Of a stretch of 64,000 nt of DNA, positions 28,563 to 39,065 are shown in pieces. The DNA comes from Utricularia gibba. Its lineage: Eukaryota > Plantae > Magnoliophyta. The stretch covers positions 5,146,001 to 5,210,000 of the forward strand of contig NEEC01000002.1 of assembly GCA_002189035.1 (NCBI GenBank), read 5' to 3'. The notes beneath the pieces are model-generated. The model saw only the letters and a program-made list of their open reading frames with translations, searched no databases and had not been told where the DNA came from. Within the stretch, counting starts at the first letter, position 1, and every line of letters begins with the position of its first letter. The translations under genes and the position numbers were made by a program.

Positions 28563-30780
28563 TGTAAGGACCCGTAACTTCCTAAGCGCTAGATCGTTAT
28601 TGACACCCTTTAACCCTGGGTGTTGATTCCTCTAAAAGGGTGAACTAAGAATGTGTCTATGGGTACACAAACCCAATGCAGCCCTTGCTCTCCCATGCCT
28701 ATTGATCATTGGCTACCTCGTGTGTGCCAAAACACTGGGATCATTTCAAGACACTAACATGCACTCCTTGTCACTCAAATCCCACCTCAACCATCCTATC
28801 ACTATACTAGGATCATATGGAAAGATAAGACGTCGATCTTTGCATATGGGTTTCCCCTCCTATCTCGCATATCTATTGCATCAACTAAAAACTCCCTCAA
28901 TTGAGACCTCATTCCCTCGACTCCCCACCCATCTCGTCTCCTCAAATCAGTTTCTCCAGGCTCATCATATCATCTACTCATCCTCAATATTGATCTCGTA
29001 CTATTGTGCATGAAGGCTTCAATAACAAATGCAGGTTTTGTGCATAAAATAATATTAATATGACTCAAGGTGGTCTAGGTTAATGTTCAAATTCCAAATA
29101 TAATCTACAATATATCTATATACATACTCTCAACAATCTAAATTAAGTCAAATTGTCTATCATGTTTTAGGCATAATCAATCCCTAATATCATCATTCAT
29201 TTCACACTTAGATCTACTTGTATATAGAATATGTAGAATTAAATCTATGTAATTCTACTAGTTCTACCCAAAATTAACATCTATTGTCTTCATCCTGATA
29301 TTCTAGTCTAACTCTAAATCAAGCTTCTAAGGTGCATTATTGTTCGTTTCCCCCTTAGATCTACTCAAGAAATGTTAGAAACAAAAGCTATTATACACAA
29401 TTATGGATTATCTAGTAAATCCTATACTACATCACCATCTCTCACCTTAAGTCATTCTTAAATTTAACTACTTATGTGTGAAAAGTAAAACAAGATTTTA
29501 TAATCATATATTGATGAAAATATCATAAAAATTGTAAAATAAACCATCATAGGAGCTAAAAATCCCGCAAACTAAAATCAAAGAAGAAATAAGTCTATTT
29601 CACGTATGTTACTATTCATATCTTGAAACAATAACGATGAACTGGGTTTTTAGTACTGTTCAAGTTTGAAAACTTTCTTCTAAAAAATCGCATTCTTCTT
29701 CCATGTTGTTCATTATTCCAGCCTCTTTGTAAGAAGTTCTCTATGTGTTTTTCGCTAGAGCTACTTCAAAATATTTTTTTTCCTCTCTTTCTTCAATGCA
29801 GATATTGTTCCTAATGATCGTAATATTCCTATTTTTGATTTGCAATCTGATGCTGTGAAAGTATATTCATTGTCCCCTCTTTTGATGTTGTTCATTCTGC
29901 TTAATTGCAGCTTGCACGAAATTCTTGTGTTTGCCCTTGATTTTAAGATTTTGATATTGACTTACAAATGGATTAGAATATGGAATGAATTAAATCAAAA
30001 GATTTAAGTTACTGACATACAAAAATCATACTATTTCTTAAATTTTTTTAAAATACTTAAAATCATAAAATAAATATCTAAAATATAATTAAAAAATCAT
30101 AATTTTTTTATCCTAAAAATAAAAAAATTTATGTGTTATCAATTACAATTAGATGCATGCTCCCCAATCAATCCATGTCCTCCACTTGATGGAGGGGCTG
30201 AAATACTCATGCTCATCCTCGCCCTTCCCTCGCCAAGGGGTGAAACATTGTTGATTCTGCACATAGTATAACATCTAACCATGAAACATTTACCTTGGCA
30301 TCTTCCTCCTATCCCTTGTTTGGTGCCCCACTCCTTTTCTCTTTCTCATCTAATAGCACGTCACAAGCACTCCCCTCTATTTATATTTTTAGTTTAGCGT
30401 AGTGGGCTTTTCTTAAGCTTATCACGTCTATCCTGCTCACTCTACTCACCAAATATTATCTTGATTTGGTCTTTTCATATCTCAAAATTTACCTGTTGAC
30501 TAAGTCTTCCCACATTTCTTGAGCCTCCTAGAGTACTTAATCTCCCAATACCTCATGAACCTCTACATTGGTGCACAAGACGTAGCTCTCAATCAGGGCC
30601 CTTACATCCTCCCCCCTTAAGACACTTTGGGATGAAGCGTTTCCATGTGCACTATCGCTTCTTGCTCCCATGTCGCCTCGTCCATACCCCAGCTCACCTA
30701 GAGTACCTTCACCTAAGGCGATATTGTTACTCTTTGATGTGAGATATTGTACAATGCGAAGCAACATTGAGGTGCATGAG
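28563..30780 (-). mobile_element. 3' end of a chromovirus (Tekay/Del-like): chromodomain remnant, PPT and 3' LTR (28563-30606)
   Basis: Minus strand VKVL*VSWGMDEATWEQE..HPKVS*, then AAGGGGGGAGGA (PPT), then TGTAAGGGCCC. The LTR's other end is TGTAAGGACCC at 28563 (11-bp terminal inverted repeat, 1 mismatch). Confidence 0.7.
29100..30141 (-). mobile_element. Diverged, left-truncated copy of the TGATAAAC/TATCA solo-LTR family, nested inside the chromovirus LTR
   Basis: Recognisable blocks (ttagatctac, ttgcacgaaatt, aaaatacttaaaa) and terminal GTGTTATCA at 30133-30141. Left boundary approximate. Confidence 0.65.
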
Positions 30781-30840
30781 AGAGTAGAGTAAGAGATGTT
30801 TCAAAAGGGAGTTGGAGAGTGGAAATAAGAGAAGCTGACT

Positions 30841-31290
30841 ATGGCTATGCAAACTGATGATAATGTGACTTGGGAACCTATCAGGAGAAAGGAGGATGTG
30901 GATCAAGGCATTGGCACACGACAAGATGGGGGAGGGGGTCCGTGAAGCGACATAAATCCTATTCCGACAAGTACTTTAAGAGTTCTCAGAAATGGCGTTT
31001 CAAGACGAAGTACCTTAAGGGTGGGGAGTATGTAAGAACCCAAACCAAAGCGTTGTTTGATCGTTTATCGAAAGGTTCGTGAGGTGATATTGCTCCTAGC
31101 CCGATAGGTATATGGATATTGGGAGACTGAGGTAACCAATAAGCTAATAAGATAAGAAGAGATTAAGTCAATTAGGTAAAATCTTGATATAGAGGAAAAT
31201 TAATTCAATTGAGATAAAAGTTGGAATTAAAGTGATTAGGAGAAATTCGATAGGTTTAAAGAAGACCTGCTAGTCACGTGAATACATAAT
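30841..31290 (+). mobile_element. 3' end of a second chromovirus remnant (chromodomain, PPT, start of LTR at 31031)
   Basis: DDNVTWEP motif. TTTCAAGACGAAGTACCTTAAGGGTGGGGAGTA followed by TGTAAGAACCC. Right boundary uncertain. Confidence 0.55.
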
Positions 31291-32013
31291 CAAGATTTTT
31301 AAATATATATATACAATAACAAACGCTTCTAATTTCTATTGATGTAAATTAGATTCAAAACCATTATTTAAATTCATTTTTTCCCCTTTTGTCTGTTTCT
31401 TATTTTGTTTTTGTTTTTATAATTATATTCAATATAGTATAAAAATAATTATCTTAATTTAATATTTCTAAATTTAGAATTTTTAGTTTTTTAATAAAAA
31501 TTATTGAGAACTCAAAAAATCAATTAAATTTATTCTTAATTTTAAAACATTGATTTTTTGAGCAACTTATTTCAAAATAATAATTTTTTATATAAATAAA
31601 ATAATGACAATGTAATTTAAAACATAGGAGAAAAATTGGCATGTTATAATTGTAGTAAAAAAACAAAACCTTTAAAATTTAATTGTAGAGCATAAAACTT
31701 CATCTGAGAAATATGAATCCAAGATTGAAAAAAAAAGGGAAATTTTCATCAAATTAAATTAAGATTTTATATAAATTTTGAGTTTCAAATAGAAATAAAT
31801 CTTGTTAATTATTCAACTGAATTGCCATTTTGTTGATTTATCAAGCCAATTTTTATTTAAAAAAATCATATCTGCAGAGAAAATAATATGATATATATAC
31901 GAAAAATCATCTAGTGCGATATCTTATTCCATTTTAAGGAAAATGGGTAAAAATATATGGACAAAACTTGCTCGATCTAAACGGGTGTGAACCAAGAAAA
32001 CAGTAAGAATGAG

Positions 32014-34105
32014 TCAGCACTCGAGCTTCGAATCTGCAGAAATGTGGTCTCCCTTGTCCAATGGCAGCATGGACCTCAACTCTGTTCCTTGCAAAATTCT
32101 CGGGGATGGATTTGATTCCATGTACTGCAATGCAAACACAGAACAAGAAGATCAGAGGTTGGTTTCGCTCAGATGCACATCTTCAGGATGGTGTTTACCT
32201 TGCTCAAATTCATGCGGAAGGCACTGATTTCTTCCTCTGTAAGCCCATCTTCTTCTTCTTCTTCATCGTTTTCCTCCCACCCCAGTGATCGAAGGAACGC
32301 TTCCTCTTCCTCATCCAATATAATCTGATCGGAGCAGGGATGATGCGTGTCTCCGTTGGCTACAAGATTTTGAGCAGCAGAGGCATTGCTATGGCAGGTT
32401 TCGGCAGTACTGGCATTGCTAGTAGGTGACGGTGCAATTGTTTCGGATGGTGATGTAGAATTGTCATTGTTCTCAGGAGCAGATGAGGAGGATAATGGAT
32501 CTGAATCAGCAGCAGAGGTGCTCTCCACGCACTTCTTTCTCACTAGTTTGAAGAACTCATTTCGACTCTGAGCTTGAGAGGTCGGTCGCTTCTCATGAAC
32601 CGCTTGGTTTATACCATTACTGCATGATACGTGTGAAGAAGGAGCAGCTCCGGAACCTACCATCTTGTTGCCATTTGTTGTACTACAGGTTTCCTTCATA
32701 CCAGAGGTGACACCATTCTTCTCTTTATCTGATTTCAAAATATGGAACTTCACTGGATTAGCAGGTTTCGAAGAATCCCCTTTTCCAAGCAAACCACGAG
32801 GGGGTTGGTTGAACGGTGCTGATAAGGGAGGCTGTGTCTGGCCCAACTTAATTCTCTGTTTGTCTGATGAATTCAACGCCTGCCCATGAAATTCTGAGTC
32901 AACTGACTGCAAAACAGAACACTGCTAAACAAATAAAGGGGAAGAGTAAAGCATAAGCTTTGCAATTACCAAAGCTTTGGGAATAGATGGTGTCACTGGA
33001 ATTAGCTGTCTAGATTGCTTGATGGCCAGTTCTTCACGTCTCTGTGCCTCGATGGACAGCTAAACGCAGAAAGGAACTCATGAGATTGCACAGCCACTGT
33101 TTTCATGAACTATAAAATGGCTTGCGTAGTACATCTAACAAAATGTGGATAAAAAAAACGCCATAGGGATTACCTGCGGTGCAGCTGCAGTACGCAAAGG
33201 GCCATGACTCACAGCTTCTGCCATGTTAAGAACTGTGGTTACAGACATTCCTAGAGATGCAGAACTCGAAGAAGACACCTTAGATCCAGAAGATAAAGTA
33301 GATCCATTACTCCCAGTTAATAAAGGAACCTCAGCTAAAGCTGAAGTCCATTTCTCTCCTAATGACGCCGATGGGCTGATGGGTAAGCTCTCGATGGCAG
33401 GAGCTAATCCAGGAGACCGAACTCTTCCTACATCAGGAACGACGGCTCTTTCATCAGCCTTCAATGATGGAAAATTTCTCTCAAACACAGTTTTGTTTCC
33501 TCCACTTGGCAAAGTGATCTTGGGAAGTTCACCATCAGATATGTTTCCACCTGCACTGGCCAAATCAGTAACACCTTTTCTTGTCCAGGAATCCGCACAT
33601 TTCACAGGTATCATAGACTGAGACCGCCTTAATGCATCCCTCGGCAATCTACCAAACGTAGTGTTACCTTCTGGTTCTGAAACCTCCCTATACCAACGAT
33701 CTTCTAAAAATGATTTGCTTTGATCATGGTACCCATTCGTACCCTTTTCCCAACGTTTATCACGCTGATTCCTACCAGTACTACTATATGACCTAAACTT
33801 ACCAGAATTCGACCCACTAGAACTCCAATGGGTAAACGGCCTGGATGTCCTCTCTAAACCAGAAGGCCATAAAAAATTATGACCATTACTACTCAAGGAG
33901 GACTTGCTCTTTGAGACACTTGGTGCAGATAGATTATCTTCATACACAGCAGAAAAATTCAAGTAAGATAAGGGTTAAAAAACATGGATCATTGACAAAC
34001 ATTCTTTAAACTTGAAGTACCTGCATGTGAAGGAGAGGTGACACCAGTTGAACTTGTAGAATTTTTCAGCCATTCTGGTATCAATGTGGGTTCAGTTCTC
34101 TCCAT
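32014..34105 (-). CDS. Conserved uncharacterised plant protein (At1g36990/At4g08510-like, by recalled motifs); 5 coding exons
   Basis: MERTEPTLIPEWLK exon (34105-34021), exon 33937-33174 (LRRSQSM, FERNFPSL, KWTSALAEVP, LNMAEA), LAIKQSRQLIPVTPS exon, EEEEAFLRSLGWEE..GLTEEEISAF, terminal exon ending SKLEC* at 32014. Confidence 0.88.
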
Positions 34106-34127
34106 AACTACCCATAAGCATCATCAT
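34092..34127 (-). promoter_or_regulatory. Upstream ORF MMMLMGSYGEN* overlapping the main ATG out of frame
   Basis: ATG ATG ATG CTT ATG GGT AGT TAT GGA GAG AAC TGA. The main ATG (34105) lies within TAT GGA. A likely acceptor at ~34240 would place this in the 5' UTR exon. Confidence 0.6.
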
Positions 34128-36011
34128 GTTCTTGAGATCAGAAAGATCACTGTTTTCTGTGAAATTAGAGTTGTACGTGTCCACAGCAGCATCCCACTGC
34201 TGAAGAGTCAAGTGGCCTTGTGTTTCCGAAATTATCTTCTCTAACAGAAGTTGAAAAATGTTGAAGAAATCTCCTGATTCCACCCAAACAAATAAATGTC
34301 CCTTCTCCTCCTCAAAATAACACTCTAGAAACTCACTGAAAAGTACCAATGAATTGGCAGAAAAAAAAAATCAAAACTTTATCACCATCTACCAGTTTCC
34401 TCAACCATAAACATTCCGAGAATGCCAATGTGCAACCAAATAAAAGCCTAGAGCACCCTCACGAGCCAATATCACTCGTCGAATATCTCAAACACCACTA
34501 AGGCAGACGCAGTCTTCCAATCCAATTCTTAACCAAACCCTAGACTCCATGTCCCATCCCAGAATAACAAAATATAACCATAAAAAAAACGCTACGGATT
34601 GATCAGCCCCGCCTCATACAAGTAAATTACCCCAAGAAACGTCAGAAAAATCCCATACACCCCAGGGGAGAAAAAGAACAACAGAAAGGCACCGATTTCC
34701 CCGATTGGAATCAGCGAAAAAAGAACTGCCTTTTCGTTATAAAACGAAAAGAAAAACCTATTCCACTCTATAACCGCCGCCCTGAGCCGTTTAAGAATCT
34801 GATAAACGTGAGTCCACCGGTATTTGGATGCAGATTTCAATAGATAGCAGCAAGAAAAAGAAGAATCCGAGTGGCGAAAACGGATTGCTCACACCAATTG
34901 TGGCGCTTCTCTTCACAAATTCGGGTGCGGCGTCTCTGCTGTGGCGTGTGAGAGATTTTTTTTTGTTTTTTTGTTTTAGTATATCTGCGTCTGTGTGTTT
35001 CTCCGGGTGGGAGAAAAGAAACCGAGATTTTACGTGGAGCTTCCGCGTTTCATTTTTTTATTTTCAACACTCGGGCCAAAAACAATTTTACTATTTTAAA
35101 TATTAATTTTTTGATACGATTATCAAAAACGGATCAGAAAAAAAATTCAGAAATTGTATTTTCACAATTAACTAAAAATCTATTGTTTTTGTTTTAAATT
35201 AAACACCATTTTTACATTTATGAATAAAAAACTCTTCCTATTACTTATTTTTTAAAAAATCATATATTCAATAGAATAATATGACAATGATGAAAAAGAT
35301 TCTAATATAACAAAATGCAACAAATACTTTGTGTGTCTCTTTATTAAAGATTCAATGACGATTTTATTATTAAAATATTTGGAAATTAAGATCACAAATC
35401 TGAAATTTCGAAGGCACAATCTTTAGAAAATGAAGTGGAGAGAAGACTGTAGTATTTGAATATCTCATTTAAGATGAGATAATTTTGTATTTTTTTAATA
35501 TCAAATTAAAATCTTTCAATTCATTTTAAACAAAACTCTTTCAAATATTCTTTCTCGTCACTTTCTTCTTGATTTTTTCAAATAAGTCGAAGGAAGTTAG
35601 GTTTTATATGTTTTCTCTCTTTTTTCAAATTTTGTTAGGTTCAACACATCTATAAAACTATCTCGTTTTTAATTTATCAATCAAAGACACCTTTAAAAAC
35701 ATTGTTTTATCAAAACATATCCCTTTTTAATTTATATTATTCTGAGATCAAACACACCTAAACCTTAATTCTAAAAATTTTAATAATTTTGAATCAAATA
35801 TCTATATTCTAAATTTTAAGTTTAAAGCCAGCGGCAGTGATATCTAGTTATTTTCTTGATTTCTTGACATGTTTAAGAGCCAAAGGAGGATTCAGAATCT
35901 CTCCAAGTTGCAATCCGGTTTGAGGTCAACAGTTACACAAAGGATGCTTCATAAATTACCTGAGGCGCAACAAGGGAGGGGTACGCCTCTCCGGTGGGGT
36001 ACCTACTGGGT

Positions 36012-38155
36012 TCATCTCTGAGTCACAGGGAGTGAGGGGCGGTTTCTTTTGTAAATGTCGTCGACGGCAGCAGCAGTTTCGATGAGGTCCTGCCGCAGCT
36101 GCATGATTTTGGATCCCATGTACTCCTTGTAGGAGGATACGGAGTTGATCAAGTTAGAGAGCTCCTGTGCACATTGCATCACTTCTTTGTCTGTTTGATC
36201 AATAATTTCCTGCAACCCCGCCCTCGATACCTACGCCGGAGAATGTTGAATGAAGGTCACGCGAGGTGACGATGAAGGATGGCAGCTCAGGTGGAAGTAA
36301 CAGGCATTTACCTTGAGAAATTCTGCAGCTTCCTTTTCAAGTATGGAAAGAGTTTGCGCATCTGCTTCTACCTTATCTGTCAGAGTTTTGGCTTTTGCAG
36401 CAGCTGTGGATGCGTACTCATGCACTTGGTTCCTTGAGGCACTTAGCTGAGCTTCCACCTTTGGTTGCATTAAGAGAAAAACACACACAAATGGTGAGAT
36501 CTCTCAGCCAGTAGGAAGATGATAAACAGTGGCCAACCTCATTGATATGAGACTGGAGGGAAGTGACACACTGCTGCTTCTCCTCAATCTTTGCAGCATT
36601 CTCACTGGACTGTCGTCTAAGACTGATCAACTCCTCTAACTTGCCCACTGAACTTCGTTTTATATCCTCAGAAAATGTGGCAAATACAGGCTTCAAATTT
36701 ATCTTGTAATCGGATCCCAAGACCTCGGATGGTGTACACGCCTTGGGATTCAACTTATATTGAAAAGAGCCTCCAATCTTTAACCTATAAAAAAAAAAAA
36801 GATGAATGAGAGTTCTCCAGAATCCCTCCGAAACTTAAAACAAGGACTGCATTAGAAGATTGCATATATTAACCAAATGAAAATTTTAATATCAAGTTTT
36901 GCATCCAGCAGATGACAGGGGCATTAATGCAACCTGATCCTCACTGTGATACATTATAAAATGACAGTAAACTGATCCCTGTGTTAAATAAAAAGAAACA
37001 TAAAGAATCAGAAAACAAGATAAACCTTCGAATGGCTTGATTAGCGTCCATAGCCAGTTGCTCAAGCTCTTTAAACTTTTGAGCAATCTGGGAATCAAGA
37101 TCCCAAATCTTCTCCTCACAAGCGTTTCTAGCATTTTCCGTTTCCTCAATATCACGGTCAAGTGCCTGCAACTCCCTTTTCATTCTTTCAGCATCTCTTG
37201 AATTAATCCCCTGCTCCTCGATCTTCTTCTTTAACTCCTCATTCTCCTTGTAAAGTCTCTTCTTTTCCTCCACCTTAGCATCCAAAACACTGTTCTTCTC
37301 CTCCATTTTTTTCTGAAGCTCCGTTAAATGCCCATCAAGCTGTTCAATCATTACACGAAACTTGGTCACATCTTTCTCAAGGACTGCCTTTTCCTGCTCC
37401 AAAACCTCTTTCTGACTCGGACCACCGGTTAATCCTTCTAATTTCAACTCCATCTCCTTCACGTTTTCCTCTAAACCATTCACCATTTCCTGCATTTTAT
37501 CCTTCCACACAGTCAACTCACGTATACACTCTTCGTCCAATGCGTTACTCCCATTGTCATCTCCATTAATATAGCATAAATAACTGTTTACAGTGTACAT
37601 AAACTCCGCATCACCCTCGAATGAAGTGGGCGAATCCATCACAAAATCCATAAACTTAATCATCTGGACCAGCCAGTGAATCACAGATAGCAAAGTAGGC
37701 CACGAGTGAGGCGTACCAGGAGCGCGCAGAGCTGATTTGCTGAAATTTACAGGGCACTTAAGAAACTTAAGCGCGTGAGGAAGATCGTCGGTCATTTTCT
37801 CTGAAGAGAATCCAAGGCGCTGAAGAAGAAATTTTAGGGTTTCAGTAATATCCTTGGCGCTTGGTAAGGGATGCTTAAGCGAGAAAGGAAACGATTGCTG
37901 TGCAAGGTAGGAATTAATAGCACGGAGAGCGGAGGCTTGGTAAGAGCGATCGGAGACGTTGGGAAGGACGGTGGAAGGCCGGCCAGCGGAGGAGATAGAC
38001 GGACGGCCACTGCAGAAACTGGCGTCGGAATCGCGGACAGGAACTGGGGTTGAAAGAAAATTCCACGGATCTGTTGAATTGGTAGGAGTAGGAGGAGGAC
38101 GACGGCGGTCGGAGGCCATCGATTCTCCGGCGCGGCGGCGATTTGCGGGTCTCAT
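36012..38155 (-). CDS. NDC80: Kinetochore protein NDC80 homolog; 4 exons
   Basis: RDSDASFCSGRPS, INSYL, PLPSAKDITETLKFLL, LRAPGTPHSWPTLLSVIHWLVQ, long coiled coil. Exon 1 is 38155-37026; downstream exons splice in frame to the stop at 36012. Confidence 0.93.
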
Positions 38156-38169
38156 CGCACCGAGTCGCG

Positions 38170-38480
38170 TTCAAATTTCTACATTTCCCGCTCCGATGTG
38201 AAACTTAAAACTAAGCCCATTTCTAAAAAAACAGCCCATGAAATATAAACCCAATTACTGGCCCATTACTCCTAATGGCACAAAAAACAATGCCGCATCA
38301 GGTTGGTTAATGAGTCCCTGGCCCAATTCCAACTCTGAATGCCAAAATTCCTGGATATTTATTTAAATAGCATAATTAATTCCTAAAAAATTATTATGTA
38401 TTTTTTTTATTTAAGAACTATGTAAAAAAAAAAAAAAAAAAAAAAAACGGACCAGCTGGTTAATGAGTCCATGGCCCATC
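38170..38480 (-). promoter_or_regulatory. NDC80 proximal promoter: E2F site, CHR-like TTTGAA, cluster of site-II (GCCCA) motifs, 21-bp direct repeat
   Basis: TTTCCCGC at 38184-38191. TTCAAA at 38170-38175. (A/G)GCCCA at ~38214, 38232, 38261, 38321, 38474. GGTTAATGAGTCC(C/A)TGGCCCA at ~38305 and ~38458. Confidence 0.55.
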
Positions 38481-39038
38481 GTGTCCCATTGCTGGCCTGT
38501 CACGTCCTTTGGGCGGGCGACAGGCCTGCTCAGTAATGGAAATTAAGATTTGATAATAGTTCATAATTTTGTGATAAGGAAAAATAATAAAAAAAATATC
38601 TACATTAAATTAATTTTATGATCAAATTTATCATATATAAAATAATGAAAATCAAAATATATAGATTTTTAAATAATATGAATTAATAATTATGATTTGA
38701 GATAAAAATGAAACACTAATTTTGCGCTGAACAAGGGACTCCAATAATGCAAATGAGAACTAAACGCGCATATTTTATAGAGAACCTGCAGCCAAAACCC
38801 AAATATACATACATCCATATGCTTAGCAAGAGTGCCAAGAAGCACAATCGGATTGGCGGTCCTGGTCCGTTCGTTGCACAGCCCATCAACCAATATAAAG
38901 AGAAGATGAATCTTACCAACAAAACGAAAACGTAGAAAAGAATGGCAGGAATCACCACTGAAGGGCGACGCACACTCATGCAAGTCTTCCAACTAACTCT
39001 GCAAAACTGAATCACGTTCTGCTCAGGATGAATCAATA

Positions 39039-39056
39039 GGGTCGGGTCGGGTCGGG
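39039..39056 (+). other. Perfect G-quadruplex motif (GGGTC)3GGG
   Basis: Four G3 tracts with 2-nt loops, 10 bp beyond the DUF3411 stop codon, on the template strand. Confidence 0.6.
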
Positions 39057-39065
39057 TCTTCTTCT

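Noticed and set aside
34592-35106. Hydrophobic ORFs upstream of the uncharacterised gene
   Set aside because: Typical T-rich 5' UTR, intron and promoter sequence
38690-39036. 100-106 aa ORFs between NDC80 and the DUF3411 gene
   Set aside because: They lie in the expected 3' UTR, start at non-ATG codons and have no recognisable motifs
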